Assembly: GCA_003650545.1 (NCBI GenBank)
Contig: QMQO01000003.1
Location: forward strand, 15,103 to 79,102
Length of the DNA: 64,000 nt
Direction of reading: 5' to 3'
Source: Candidatus Woesearchaeota archaeon
GTDB taxonomy: Archaea > Nanobdellota > Nanobdellia > Woesearchaeales > B72-G16
The notes beneath the pieces are model-generated. The model was not told where the DNA came from and ran no database searches. It saw only the letters and a program-made list of their open reading frames with translations. This document shows positions 1 to 9,632 of this stretch, one piece after another. Position numbers and translations under genes: made by a program. Within the stretch, counting starts at the first letter, position 1. The number at the start of each line of letters is the position of its first letter.

Positions 1-482
1 TTCTTCTGGCTCTCTGTTAGCTTAAAGGATAATTTAGGCAAATAAACAACTGAATTTTTATTTTCTTCAGGATTATAGGCAATCTTCCTTACTCTATCAT
101 GCCTAGCGTAAGCAGCAAACAGTAGACCAATAGCCTTCGTCTTTCTGCCTGAAGTAATATTAATGGATATCCAGTCATCTTTAGGCTGTAAATCTATGAT
201 CTCTACACATTTCCTAGTAACTTCCACAATGTCATATACATCTGTTTTTACAGCCTTGACATCAATAATTCTACCCAGTGAATCATTTATGACCTTTAGA
301 GCCTTTTCCTGCTCTTTATTAGGCTCTTTGTCAATAAGAAGTACCAACCTATCAGGGCCAAGTCTATTTGAAGCCAAGAGCACTGGCTCTGGACTATACA
401 ATGTAGCTATTAGTACTTTTTTGCCCCCCATGTTGATGTTTGATTTTTCTTTATTTATAAACATTTCTACATGATTTGCCAT
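1..482 (-). CDS. CARF/Csa3-like Rossmann-domain regulator, N-terminal part (gene runs off the left edge)
   Basis: My own minus-strand translation from the ATG (complement of 480-482) reads MANHVEMFINKEKSNINMGGKKVLIATLYSPEPVLLASNRLGPDRLVLLIDKE...ISINITSGRKTKAIGLLFAAYARHDRV...LSFKLTESQK and stays open to base 1. The strand-loop-helix pattern ending in ITSGRKTK resembles the xTGGTK loop of Csa3/CARF-type domains that precede a wHTH. A GAGGT motif lies about 12 nt upstream. The gene is missing from the ORF track because it has no stop in the window. Track ORF 163..474(+) is its antisense shadow. Confidence 0.45.
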   Translation of the reverse strand, partial: MANHVEMFINKEKSNINMGGKKVLIATLYSPEPVLLASNRLGPDRLVLLIDKEPNKEQEKALKVINDSLGRIIDVKAVKTDVYDIVEVTRKCVEIIDLQPKDDWISINITSGRKTKAIGLLFAAYARHDRVRKIAYNPEENKNSVVYLPKLSFKLTESQK

Positions 483-593
483 TTTCCTATGTTACCTCAA
501 AAATAATCATTTTTAAAAATTTTTCCATTATAAGATAGATTTGTACACCAAATAATAGAAAAGTATATATATTTGTAAAATTTTACTTATTAT

Positions 594-848
594 ATGAATG
601 ATTACACGAATCTCAATATGAATGCTCTGAAAAAAACTGCAGTTGTTTTGATATTTATCGTCTTAGCGCTTGGATTTTTCTTAATAATTTCACATTTCTC
701 ATTGAACCGAGAATGTGAGCCTGGTCAGAATTCAGAGCTAATTGCAGGCAGAACACTTAAACGATGTTATGGTCCATCAGAGTTCGACAGATATTATAAG
801 ATGTTGCGAAATGGCTATGTTTGTGTTGATTGGAGGGCAGTAAAATGA
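594..848 (+). CDS. hypothetical small membrane protein
   Basis: 84-aa ORF with one clear hydrophobic helix (AVVLIFIVLALGFFLIISHF). It is the first of three overlapping, co-oriented small ORFs. No recognisable family. Confidence 0.35.
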   Translation: MNDYTNLNMNALKKTAVVLIFIVLALGFFLIISHFSLNRECEPGQNSELIAGRTLKRCYGPSEFDRYYKMLRNGYVCVDWRAVK

Positions 849-1198
849 GTAGTCAAACAAAACAAATATTTCTGATGTTGGTGCTTATTTTTTTACTTTC
901 TCTGTCTTATGCAGAAGAAGAACCAATTGCCTGCAAACCTTGTCCAGGGAGCATGACATGTGATTCTGAAACAAATACCTGCTTCCAGGATACTGTTTGG
1001 ATTGTACCAACTAAAGCTGAACATACTGCCCAAGCCAAATATGTTAATTCTATAGAATTATCAACTTTTAACTTTATTAACCTAACAATATTCTGTTTTA
1101 TGATAGGTTTATTTGTGGGTTATGTTATATCTAGGCGATCTGATAAATCTAAAAAAGATAAAAGAAAAAAAGCAAGCAAAAAAAAATTGAAATGGTGA
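830..1198 (+). CDS. hypothetical secreted/membrane-anchored Cys-containing protein
   Basis: It has an N-terminal signal-like helix (IFLMLVLIFLLSLSYA), a Cys-rich segment (CKPCPGSMTCDSETNTC), a C-terminal TM helix and a Lys-rich tail. It overlaps both neighbours, consistent with an operon. Confidence 0.4.
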   Translation: MEGSKMSSQTKQIFLMLVLIFLLSLSYAEEEPIACKPCPGSMTCDSETNTCFQDTVWIVPTKAEHTAQAKYVNSIELSTFNFINLTIFCFMIGLFVGYVISRRSDKSKKDKRKKASKKKLKW

Positions 1199-1593
1199 AA
1201 GCAAAAAAGAAACTGACAAAGGTTATGTTTAATTCATATGAAGAAGTAGTTGGCTTTATCAACAAGAACAACATACCCAGAAAAGATATTGTTGCCATAA
1301 ACAAATCCCGCGTTTTCACATTTCCTGCCTATTCTCTAGATGTGTTTCTTTCTGAACATCTGTTACCAAAAGTAAAAAAATTAAATAAAGAAGCAGATAG
1401 AGATTTCAAAAAAGCAATCTGGTTTTTGATGGGTTATGGAATATTTTTTGTTATGATGGTGTGTGTGATAGCCAGATTAAACATTGATATTGGTGTTAAG
1501 GTAATGATTATAATTATTGTGTTATTTGGTCCAGTTCTTTTATATATGTTATTAGATCTAATAGAAAAAATAAGAGATTGGAAATCAAAATGA
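1192..1593 (+). CDS. hypothetical membrane protein
   Basis: 133 aa with a soluble N-terminus followed by two hydrophobic helices. Its start overlaps the stop of the previous ORF. Confidence 0.4.
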   Translation: MVKAKKKLTKVMFNSYEEVVGFINKNNIPRKDIVAINKSRVFTFPAYSLDVFLSEHLLPKVKKLNKEADRDFKKAIWFLMGYGIFFVMMVCVIARLNIDIGVKVMIIIIVLFGPVLLYMLLDLIEKIRDWKSK

Positions 1594-1666
1594 AAAAATG
1601 AAGAGTTAAGAGCGTAATGAGATCGAAAAATATCAGGATACAAAAGAAAAATAAAAAATATTTAAT

Positions 1667-1996
1667 GTGAAAATGAAGACGAACAGTAAATCTGTACACA
1701 AACAAATCCTTGAATGGGAAAAAGATCTGAAGATAAAAAAAGAAATCGTTAAAGACATGATATCAGCACTAACTTTCTCGTCTAAATCAAAAATTAATAA
1801 GCGAGATTTAGTGATAGTTTTAAGAGCCATAAAAAACAGCAGAAAGAAAATAATAGAGATGAAAAATCTCCAAAATAGGTTCAACTACAATCGTAAAGAT
1901 TTTTGTTCTATTATCATAAGGCTAAAAAAGCTGGGTGAGATTTACGATCCTTACCTAACCGAAGAAAAAGAAGGCATATTTATTTCAGTTATCTGA
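1667..1996 (+). CDS. hypothetical protein
   Basis: 109-aa Lys-rich ORF. Antisense ORFs in the same region are low-complexity. No family recognised. Confidence 0.3.
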   Translation: MKMKTNSKSVHKQILEWEKDLKIKKEIVKDMISALTFSSKSKINKRDLVIVLRAIKNSRKKIIEMKNLQNRFNYNRKDFCSIIIRLKKLGEIYDPYLTEEKEGIFISVI

Positions 1997-2030
1997 TTAT
2001 AGAATAAAGAGAGAATATAGAGGGATAAGT

Positions 2031-2228
2031 ATGAAAAAAGATAAAGATAAAATCGTTAAACAGTTTAGAGAAGATGTAATAAGTCTGCAAAAATCAAGCA
2101 TTGAAATGCTAGATGTATTGGGCAAAGAAAAGTCATGTACAAAAACAGGTCGAATTTTACTTGAATGTATGAATGATAGATGTAAACAGCATTGCGGTTT
2201 GGAGAAGACTAGAAATCAAGAAAATTAA
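2031..2228 (+). CDS. hypothetical small protein
   Basis: 65-aa ORF preceded by agagggataagt. No family recognised. Confidence 0.25.
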   Translation: MKKDKDKIVKQFREDVISLQKSSIEMLDVLGKEKSCTKTGRILLECMNDRCKQHCGLEKTRNQEN

Positions 2229-2439
2229 AGCTATCTGAGAATTGTGTATCTGAGAACATCTTCAAATCAAAATTATGCATTTATATTATAAGCATTTATA
2301 ATAATTTACAAAAATGATTTGCAAAAATTTTTTTGTATTACCAAAAGAAACATAGCCATTTGTAATAAATCATTGAAAATCATAACCAACCATTGTAAAA
2401 ATCATAACTATTATAAAATAAAAAATTATTCTTTGTGAT

Positions 2440-2676
2440 ATGTACAACTTAGAATTAGATAAAGCAGTAGAAGAGATAAAGAAGAGTAATGCAAAGACAG
2501 TTTGCATACAGCTACCAGATGGGCTAAAGCCAAAAGCAAAAGAGATACAGGAAGAGATAGAGCTAAAAACTGATGCGATTGTTTTTATTTGGGCTGGTAG
2601 TTGTTATGGTGCATGTGATGTTCCAAAGTTAGATGTTGATTTGCTTATTCAATGGGGACATAGCGAGTGGAAATGA
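2440..2676 (+). pseudogene. dph2: N-terminal fragment of diphthamide synthase Dph2 (2-(3-amino-3-carboxypropyl)histidine synthase)
   Basis: The 78-aa product MYNLELDKAVEEIKKSNAKTVCIQLPDGLKPKAKEIQEEIE...CYGACDV...LLIQWGHSEWK matches the N-terminus of archaeal Dph2 (AKRVLIQxPEGL..., YGACD, LIHxGHS). It stops right after the GHS motif. Full-length Dph2 is about 330 aa, and only about 100 bp of non-coding DNA separates the stub from the next gene. Confidence 0.6.
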
Positions 2677-2775
2677 AAAAAAACAAAAAAACATCTGTCA
2701 GATAGCAGGCAGTTAAATCTAAACAGCATAAATCGTATAAATAGTTTTAAATAACATCAATTATTTCGATAGTTT

Positions 2776-4557
2776 ATGATAAGGGTTAAAAAACTAGGTG
2801 GTGGAAAAAATATATATGACCTTAAGCTAGGAGAGTTATACATTGCTTGGTTTGAGAAGGGTAAACTATTTCTTAATAAAAATGTTCTTGTCCGCTTAAA
2901 AAGTAGAGAGCAACCCACAAAAGATACTCCTGTGATGGTGAAGAAGATAATCCCCCCTAACATAGTTGAAGCTGAAAAAATAAATGACGAATATGAGATA
3001 ATAGAAGAACCAATCGAGTTTATAAATTTGTCATTTGATAATGCTGGTGAAACAATAACAGTCATATGTAGAATAGATGACATTTATCAAACCTCTGGAC
3101 CAACCTCTTTCACGCTATTCGATGGTACTTCAACGCTGAGAGCAAGTGCATTCAGTGGAGCTGGCAAAAGAGCCTTTCCAGAGCTGAAGAAGGACGATAT
3201 TATTAGTGCGAGGTTGCTGCTCAAAAAAAGGGAAGATTATCTTGAATCTGAGTTGGTCAGCTTTAAAAAAATACAAAATAAAGATGTCTTCATTAAAAAA
3301 CTCGACAGTTTAATCGAGAAAAAATCACAACCCGATAAAGTTGATTTTTTAATTAAATCAGAAACATTAGAAAAACTGAAGCCAAGGATTTTAACAATAG
3401 CAAAAGAAATAAAGAGAGCTATTGTTGAAGAAAGACCTATAATACTAAGGCACCATGCTGATTGCGATGGTTATTCGGGAGCAATTGCATTAGAGCGTGC
3501 TATAATCCCTTTAATAATTGAACACCATAAAGACGAACGTGCACAATGGTTCTACTACAAGAGAGCTCCTACAAAAGCTCCCTATTATGATTATAGCGAT
3601 GTTACAAAGGATCTAACATTCTCTCTGCAGGAAACTGCAAAAAAGAATTATAAAGAACCACTGATAATCCTTGTTGACAATGGAAGCACTGAAGAGGATC
3701 TTCTTGGTATTAGGAAGGTTAAGATTTTTGGTGCAAAAATAGTTGTGATAGACCACCATTTTACATTTATTGAAAACGGCAGAAGTATTGTAGATAATTA
3801 TTTGGATGCGCATGTAAATCCCTATCTTGTTGGGGGAGATAAGAATATTACAGCTGGCATGATTGCAACTGAAATAGCACGATTTATCAATAGAAAAGTC
3901 AGCAACATTTACTTTATTCCTGCGTTAGCTGGATTTGGTGACAGAAGCAGAGGTAATGATTTCGAACAGTATGTTGAGCTTGCAATGAAAGCCGGCTATG
4001 ACAAGGATTTTCTTAAGGCATTATCTGAAGCAATTGACTTTGAAGCACATTATCTAAAGTTTATTGAAAGCAGGGGTCTTATGGACGACATATTTGGAGC
4101 TGATCGCGACAGGCAACACAAGTTGGTTAAACTAATGAAGGATGAAATCGAAAGTAAGAGAGCACAGCAACTTGAAACAATAAAGCATTTTATCAGAGTA
4201 GAAGATCTCGGAAGATTTGTTTTAGCAAAGATGGAGATTGAAAAACTTACGCACGCAGGCGATTTTCCTTCAGTTGGAAAGGCAACAGGCTTGACGCATG
4301 ATTATCTTGTTAGAAAGTATAAAAAGGATGTTTTAACATTAAGCATTGCTTGTAATTTTATTACAGTTAGAGCAACCGAGGGTGTTGGTATTAATGTTAA
4401 CATAATCATCCATGAGTTAAAGCAAAAGATTCCTTATGGTTTTATATCTGGTGGAGGTCATGAAAACGCTGGCTCTATTAGGTTTGTTGAAGCTGTCAGG
4501 GACGAGGTGTTAAAGTTTGTTGAAGAGAAGGTCAAGAACTGGAAGGTCAAGAACTAA
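2776..4557 (+). CDS. RecJ/Cdc45-like DHH-DHHA1 phosphoesterase with N-terminal OB-fold-like region (GAN/RecJ-like nuclease)
   Basis: DHH-family motifs are visible: ILRHHADCDGYSGAIAL (DxD), VVIDHH (DHH) and GGGHENAGS (DHHA1 GGGH). 593 aa. The start codon is uncertain because no SD motif is present. Confidence 0.75.
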   Translation: MIRVKKLGGGKNIYDLKLGELYIAWFEKGKLFLNKNVLVRLKSREQPTKDTPVMVKKIIPPNIVEAEKINDEYEIIEEPIEFINLSFDNAGETITVICRIDDIYQTSGPTSFTLFDGTSTLRASAFSGAGKRAFPELKKDDIISARLLLKKREDYLESELVSFKKIQNKDVFIKKLDSLIEKKSQPDKVDFLIKSETLEKLKPRILTIAKEIKRAIVEERPIILRHHADCDGYSGAIALERAIIPLIIEHHKDERAQWFYYKRAPTKAPYYDYSDVTKDLTFSLQETAKKNYKEPLIILVDNGSTEEDLLGIRKVKIFGAKIVVIDHHFTFIENGRSIVDNYLDAHVNPYLVGGDKNITAGMIATEIARFINRKVSNIYFIPALAGFGDRSRGNDFEQYVELAMKAGYDKDFLKALSEAIDFEAHYLKFIESRGLMDDIFGADRDRQHKLVKLMKDEIESKRAQQLETIKHFIRVEDLGRFVLAKMEIEKLTHAGDFPSVGKATGLTHDYLVRKYKKDVLTLSIACNFITVRATEGVGINVNIIIHELKQKIPYGFISGGGHENAGSIRFVEAVRDEVLKFVEEKVKNWKVKN

Positions 4558-4640
4558 GCAATAGACACTAAGATATAAGCCTGCAAGAATAGTAAGTCTG
4601 CAAGGCAGCACATCAGCTAAGCAAATTAAATGAATAAATT

Positions 4641-6167
4641 TTAAGCAATAACAACTTTCTTTTTTCTGCCATTTGTTGTCTTTATTTTGTACTTTGAATC
4701 ATTACCCTTCCATTTCAATGCAGGAATTGGTTTACTGTAAAGTTCGCTGTTTTCTGCTTCTAATAGTTGCTTTTTAACCTTTTCGCCAATTTTATCAATT
4801 GTAACATTATAACGCTTTTCATATAAATCGTCTGTTAGCTTGTGCATCTTTTCTGCATATTTTTTCAAGTATGGCGCCATTGTTGTAACAATGTTTTCTG
4901 CACCTGGATGAACAGGTTTTGCACCATACTTTGCAATTAAATTACGTAGGATGTGTGGATTGTCAATAATCATACACGGTGTGTAGTGATTCTTGCTATG
5001 AGGCTGGTGACTTCTGATTGCTTTAAAGAAGGGAGACTCTAGAACCTGCTTCAGGCTTTTATTCCTTATATTATCAACAGAAAAATGCACAAACACACAA
5101 GGCTCAACATCGCCTTTGCAGGTTATGTGCAGATAACGTTGACCACCAGCCATACATCCATTGACTAATGTTCCGTCATTCCAAAAATCTCCAATTGCGA
5201 TAGGTTTTGTCTTTCGCCATTTAATGATTGAGTTACGTAGGTGTACACGTTGCTCAGGGGTTTGCATCAGTTCTTTGTCAGGGCCAAGGCCAATTGGGAT
5301 GTACTGGAAGTACCAACCAAATGAGGCTCCTTTTTTGATAAAAAAATCAACAAACTCATCTTTATCAATAATATCTGCGTTTTTTTGGGTACAAGTAACA
5401 CTGATACCAAAAACAACCCCGGCCTCTCTTAGATTATCCATTGCTCGTAGGATGTTCTTAAACATTCCGCTACCTCTTCTTTCGTCAGTCTCTTTTTCCC
5501 ATCCTTCTACACTTATAGCTGGGGCAACATTGCCAAGCTTTGCAAGTTTTTCAGCCATCTTTTTATTGAGTAATGTTCCATTAGTATATGTTAAAAAATA
5601 GCAATCATTATGCTTTTTGAATAGCTTTAGTAACCACGGATTTATGTAAGGCTCACCACCAGAAATCACATAAAAGTAGATCCCCATTTCTTTAGCTTCT
5701 CTTATTATTCTGTCTGTTTCTGAAAATGAGAGATCATCATTCTGTGAATATTCACCAGCATAACAACCAACACACCTAAGATTACAACGCATGGTAGGGC
5801 TTAGAACTATAAGGAATGGAGGCCTAAAACCATATTTTTTTTCAAAATTTTCTCTTTGAAATGAACCTTTAATGCCTGCGTTTGATATTAGATTTTGGAT
5901 GAATTTTTTTCTACAGTTAGAGCTCATCTTTTTAAGCTGCCTATCGCTTAGATAGGCATCAACAAGTTTATTCATGTAATCTCGTCTCTCTTTGAATATT
6001 TTTTCTGGCTCATCTGGGCGTCTTGTACCAGAAGAAATTTTATCTTTTATTAGCTTCCTGATTCCAGCAACTGTTCCTCTTGGAAGATATGGCATAGCTT
6101 GTACAGCTGCTGTGGCCACTGTTTTAGCTGCAGCTGACTTTAGTTTTTGTTGAAGTGTTAGGTTCAT
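4641..6167 (-). CDS. radical SAM enzyme with Cys-containing C-terminal (SPASM-like) extension
   Basis: It has the canonical CxxxCxxC cluster motif (CNLRCVGCYAGEY), a GGEP motif (VISGGEPYINP), and extra conserved Cys in the C-terminal half (NGCMAGG, HITCKGDVEPCVF). 508 aa. An AGGAGG SD precedes the start. Confidence 0.8.
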   Translation of the reverse strand: MNLTLQQKLKSAAAKTVATAAVQAMPYLPRGTVAGIRKLIKDKISSGTRRPDEPEKIFKERRDYMNKLVDAYLSDRQLKKMSSNCRKKFIQNLISNAGIKGSFQRENFEKKYGFRPPFLIVLSPTMRCNLRCVGCYAGEYSQNDDLSFSETDRIIREAKEMGIYFYVISGGEPYINPWLLKLFKKHNDCYFLTYTNGTLLNKKMAEKLAKLGNVAPAISVEGWEKETDERRGSGMFKNILRAMDNLREAGVVFGISVTCTQKNADIIDKDEFVDFFIKKGASFGWYFQYIPIGLGPDKELMQTPEQRVHLRNSIIKWRKTKPIAIGDFWNDGTLVNGCMAGGQRYLHITCKGDVEPCVFVHFSVDNIRNKSLKQVLESPFFKAIRSHQPHSKNHYTPCMIIDNPHILRNLIAKYGAKPVHPGAENIVTTMAPYLKKYAEKMHKLTDDLYEKRYNVTIDKIGEKVKKQLLEAENSELYSKPIPALKWKGNDSKYKIKTTNGRKKKVVIA

Positions 6168-6449
6168 TTTATTCCTCCTTTTTATTTATTTTTTATTCAG
6201 AGTTTATGTTAATAGTAAATAATACAAGCGAATAAACCTATGATATATAAAACTTATCATTTGTGTATACTATTGATAGATTATTATTTTAATCTTTTAA
6301 GATATTTTTCGGTTTTTATTTTTAGGTTTTTGTTACTATTTAGTTGTTCTCGGTTCAAGGAGTATTCGAGACAGGAATTAAAAAAATTCAGTTTAGACTA
6401 TAAAACTATAAATAGAAATCTTATCTTTTATACAACTTATTTTATTATT

Positions 6450-7535
6450 TTACCTTTCTTTTCCTATTTTCCAGTTTTTCAGATAAACTGTTCTTGTCGG
6501 GAATGGGATACCAATCTTTGCTTTGTTTAATGCATTATAAATTTTTTCTGTTGCTTCTAGCTTGGCATCAAAAGCTTGACTCTGATCTTCAACCCACATT
6601 CTAGCCTGAAACACTAATGCAGAATCTCCCATCTCTGTAAAGATGACATCAGGTGCAGGTTCTTTTATAATATTCTTTATTTTTGTGATTATAGGTAGGA
6701 TTAATTTCTTAACTTCATCTGGATTAGTGCCATACTCAACATTGAAGTTCACAACAATGCGCTGCTTTAGTGTTGGTTGTGTGAAGTTTTGGATGCGCGA
6801 GTTAGCAAGCTGACCATTTGGTATGACGATGCTCTCATTGTCAAATGTCCTTAAACGAGTACTTCTCAAACCAATATCTATGACGATACCCAGTTCGCCT
6901 GATTGAAGCTTTACTTTATCGCCAACTTTGATTGCTCTGTCCAAGATTAGAGAAACTCCCCCAAAGATATTAGCGAGGCTGTCCTTTAATGCAAATCCCA
7001 AAACAAGGCCTACCACTCCTAGCGAGGCCAACATTGGTGTTATGTTGACTCCCCATACACCAAGCACAATCACAATTCCTATTACCCAGATAGCTACTTT
7101 TGAAAATTTTTTAAACATAGGCAATAACTCATCATCGATGTCTGATTTTGTTTTTTTTGCAAAATGTTCAGCCCACACTTCTAAGATAACTTCAACAGTT
7201 ATAACTGCAATTGCTGTTGCTGTTAGTATAACTATAGTGTCAAGGAGACTGATTATGTATTTGTTTGTGAAGTTTAATGGCTTTAGTGCCAGCTTGATGC
7301 CTACGAAAAGCATTATATAAGAAAAAGGCGGTCTGATTTTTGCAACAAGAACATCGTCCCATTTGGTTTTTGTTTTCTTTGCTATTTTGCTCAACCAAAC
7401 CTTGGTGATCCAGGTTAAGATGAAAGCTGCAATTAGAAATAATAGAACAATAAGTCCAGCCTGTGCATATTGGTTGTTAAAATGAGGTATTTTGCTCATC
7501 CAATGAATCAAGTTTTCGGTTTTGTTTATCACCAT
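6450..7535 (-). CDS. mscS: small-conductance mechanosensitive channel (MscS family)
   Basis: N-terminal TM helices are followed by the MscS pore/beta-domain signature ALKDSLANIFGGVSLILDRAIKVGDKVKL...GIVIDIGLRSTRLRTFDN. Confidence 0.85.
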   Translation of the reverse strand: MVINKTENLIHWMSKIPHFNNQYAQAGLIVLLFLIAAFILTWITKVWLSKIAKKTKTKWDDVLVAKIRPPFSYIMLFVGIKLALKPLNFTNKYIISLLDTIVILTATAIAVITVEVILEVWAEHFAKKTKSDIDDELLPMFKKFSKVAIWVIGIVIVLGVWGVNITPMLASLGVVGLVLGFALKDSLANIFGGVSLILDRAIKVGDKVKLQSGELGIVIDIGLRSTRLRTFDNESIVIPNGQLANSRIQNFTQPTLKQRIVVNFNVEYGTNPDEVKKLILPIITKIKNIIKEPAPDVIFTEMGDSALVFQARMWVEDQSQAFDAKLEATEKIYNALNKAKIGIPFPTRTVYLKNWKIGKER

Positions 7536-7869
7536 CTTTTTATAGTAAGATAAATTAAGTTGTATAAAAATGTTATGTCGATTTAAATCGATTTAATTAT
7601 CTTCTATTCTTGGTTTAAGATTTTTTTTAAGATTTTCTTGATGAGCATTCCTATAAGTCTCATGAGTCATAAGTTTCCTAGTGAGTTAAGTCTCCTAATA
7701 AGTCATTATATGCTTTTCTCGCTTTTCTCCTTATCCCTTTACTTAGCTCTTTACTCATCTCTAACTTCTTGATTTTTTTCTTGGTTTTTTATGGACGATT
7801 ATTGGAAAAAAACACTAAAATTAGAATTAAAATTTATTAAAAATTTTTCTGCGTAATGAAAAAACTAAG

Positions 7870-7909
7870 GGTTTATGAAGATATGAATTGGTTTATGAAG
7901 ATATGAATT
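7870..7909. repeat. perfect 20-bp tandem duplication (2 copies of ggtttatgaagatatgaatt)
   Basis: Read directly at 7870-7889 and 7890-7909, immediately 3' of the rpl10e stop codon (7917-7919, minus strand). Confidence 0.9.
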
Positions 7910-7916
7910 TCTGGTT

Positions 7917-8441
7917 TTATGCTATTTTTTCAGCAATAATATGATAAGAATTAGGTAGTTTTTGTTTTGCTCTTATTAGAGCTTTTTTTGCTGTTGCTAA
8001 TCCTGATTTGTTAACAGCAACTGTCATGATCTTCTGGCCTTTTTTGATGCGAGCCGCAATACCAATTGATTTGCCGAATGAATGCTTCATCCCTGTTGAC
8101 ATACGATCTGCGCCAGCTCCAGCTGCCAGTGGATTCTCTCTGAGAACATGATGTGGATAAACCATTATTTTTAGAAAATAGTTAACCCTACCCAATGTTT
8201 TTTCTAATAATCGATTAGATGTTAGTCTCATTGATTCCAATGCTAGGTCGCGTATTTGTAAATCAGTATCGCTTATAAGATGCAGCTTATACTGAAATTT
8301 CCCAGTAGGATTTCCCATCTCGTATCGTACAATTCTATTAGCAGGCGTGGTCCTAACAAAACTTTTCTCTCTGTATTTACTTTTTCTTGTATACGGGCGT
8401 TCTATACGCCTATAAGCTATGAATTTACGTTTCTTTGCCAT
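7917..8441 (-). CDS. rpl10e: 50S ribosomal protein L10e (uL16)
   Basis: MAKKRKFIAYRRIERPYTRKSKYREKSFV...RYEMGN...GADRMSTGMKHSFGK is typical of L10e. I trimmed the start from track position 8495 to the internal Met (MAKKRK), giving about 174 aa. Confidence 0.9.
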   Translation of the reverse strand: MAKKRKFIAYRRIERPYTRKSKYREKSFVRTTPANRIVRYEMGNPTGKFQYKLHLISDTDLQIRDLALESMRLTSNRLLEKTLGRVNYFLKIMVYPHHVLRENPLAAGAGADRMSTGMKHSFGKSIGIAARIKKGQKIMTVAVNKSGLATAKKALIRAKQKLPNSYHIIAEKIA

Positions 8442-8908
8442 ACCTCGTAGGATTTCAAAGCATTTATAAAGATTACTATGCATTTTTAAATGCAAACATA
8501 GATCAGTCTAAAAAGCAGTAAATTTAGTGGCATAGTTTAGTAGCATGGATTTCAGCATATTTGCTGACATACAGGTCTAATTTTAAATTTTTAAAGCATT
8601 GAAAGGTATTTAAAATCTATTGATAGAAAAGATAGAAAAAACATAAAAATTTAGTTTCTATTTTTTCTGCATCTTTTTCAATTTTCTCGTCAAATTGATT
8701 TAGATAACAATATTTTAGATGTTTAATATCAAATTACTATATTAGTTTTATTTTGTTGCAATCTATAAAAAGATATAAAAAGATCTTTTGCAATCTATAA
8801 AAATATCTTTATCACAGAATCAACAAGCAACAAGCAGAAACATTTATAAATAAGCTGAACTTTTCGTAGCTTATTGGTTATGAATTAAGTTTTGAAAGAG
8901 GTGCTAGG

Positions 8909-9379
8909 ATGAGGCATAAGAAAAAGGGAAGTCTTAATCTGTCTATGAATGCGATTGTGACTCTTATTCTTGCGGTGAGCATGCTTGCGGTTGGCTTGTT
9001 TGTTGTAAATTTCGTAAGGGGTAAGGCAACAACGATTTTTGAGCAGCTTGAATCTGAGATTCCAACTCCTGAAAGAGCAACACCAGGAAATCCACTCACA
9101 ATTTCAGGGCCAGTTGCTGCTCCAAGCGGAAAAACAACAGGAATTAAGATATCATATTATTCAGCTTCATCAGGTAACTTCAAACCTGATGTTGTATGTA
9201 CAGGTGAATTGGGGAACAGGTTAACTGTGCAAGCAACAAGCAAGAATTTTGCTGCAGGTGAATCAAAAGAGTTTCTTATATTGTTAACAGCAGATAAAGA
9301 CACACCACCTGATAGATATTTATGTACTGTGTCAATAGAGTATGAAGATCTTGACTTTTCATTCACTGTAACATCTTAG
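8909..9379 (+). CDS. archaeal type IV pilin-like protein (class III signal peptide)
   Basis: The N-terminus MRHKKKG/SLNLSMNAIVTLILAVSMLAVGLFVV has a basic stretch, a Gly and a hydrophobic helix, the prepilin-peptidase substrate pattern. The remainder is beta-rich. A GAGGTG SD lies upstream. Confidence 0.55.
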   Translation: MRHKKKGSLNLSMNAIVTLILAVSMLAVGLFVVNFVRGKATTIFEQLESEIPTPERATPGNPLTISGPVAAPSGKTTGIKISYYSASSGNFKPDVVCTGELGNRLTVQATSKNFAAGESKEFLILLTADKDTPPDRYLCTVSIEYEDLDFSFTVTS

Positions 9380-9380
9380 G

Positions 9381-9614
9381 GTGATAATCATGGCTAAAAA
9401 CAAAAAACGATTAACAAGGCAGGAAGAATTTGATATCATGAAGCTAGTGCTTGATAAATTTCTGTGGCTTGGTTTTGGTGTGATGGTGTATGGTTTGTAT
9501 AACATCCTGACAAAAGGCAGGGTATTCGAAGGTTTTGCATACATAGTAGCAGGAGCAATTGTGTTGATAATCTTCATGATATTGATAGTAAGAGAGTACG
9601 AGATAATAAAATAA
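9381..9614 (+). CDS. hypothetical small two-TM membrane protein
   Basis: 77 aa, located between the two pilin-like genes, with two hydrophobic helices. The true start may be Met4 (MAKNKK). Confidence 0.35.
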   Translation: MIIMAKNKKRLTRQEEFDIMKLVLDKFLWLGFGVMVYGLYNILTKGRVFEGFAYIVAGAIVLIIFMILIVREYEIIK

Positions 9615-9632
9615 TCTTTTTTTCTTTTTAAA

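Noticed and set aside
163-474. Track ORF (+, 103 aa), Ser/Leu/Phe-rich
   Set aside because: It lies exactly antisense to a better minus-strand gene (1..482) that has a recognisable domain pattern and an SD motif. I treat it as a shadow ORF. The same reasoning was applied to the other antisense track ORFs inside long genes, for example 5161..5601, 6928..7320, 19347..19631, 21280..21675, 29182..29934, 32609..33106, 35127..35561, 52043..52423, 55021..55983, 60522..60818 and 62415..62798.
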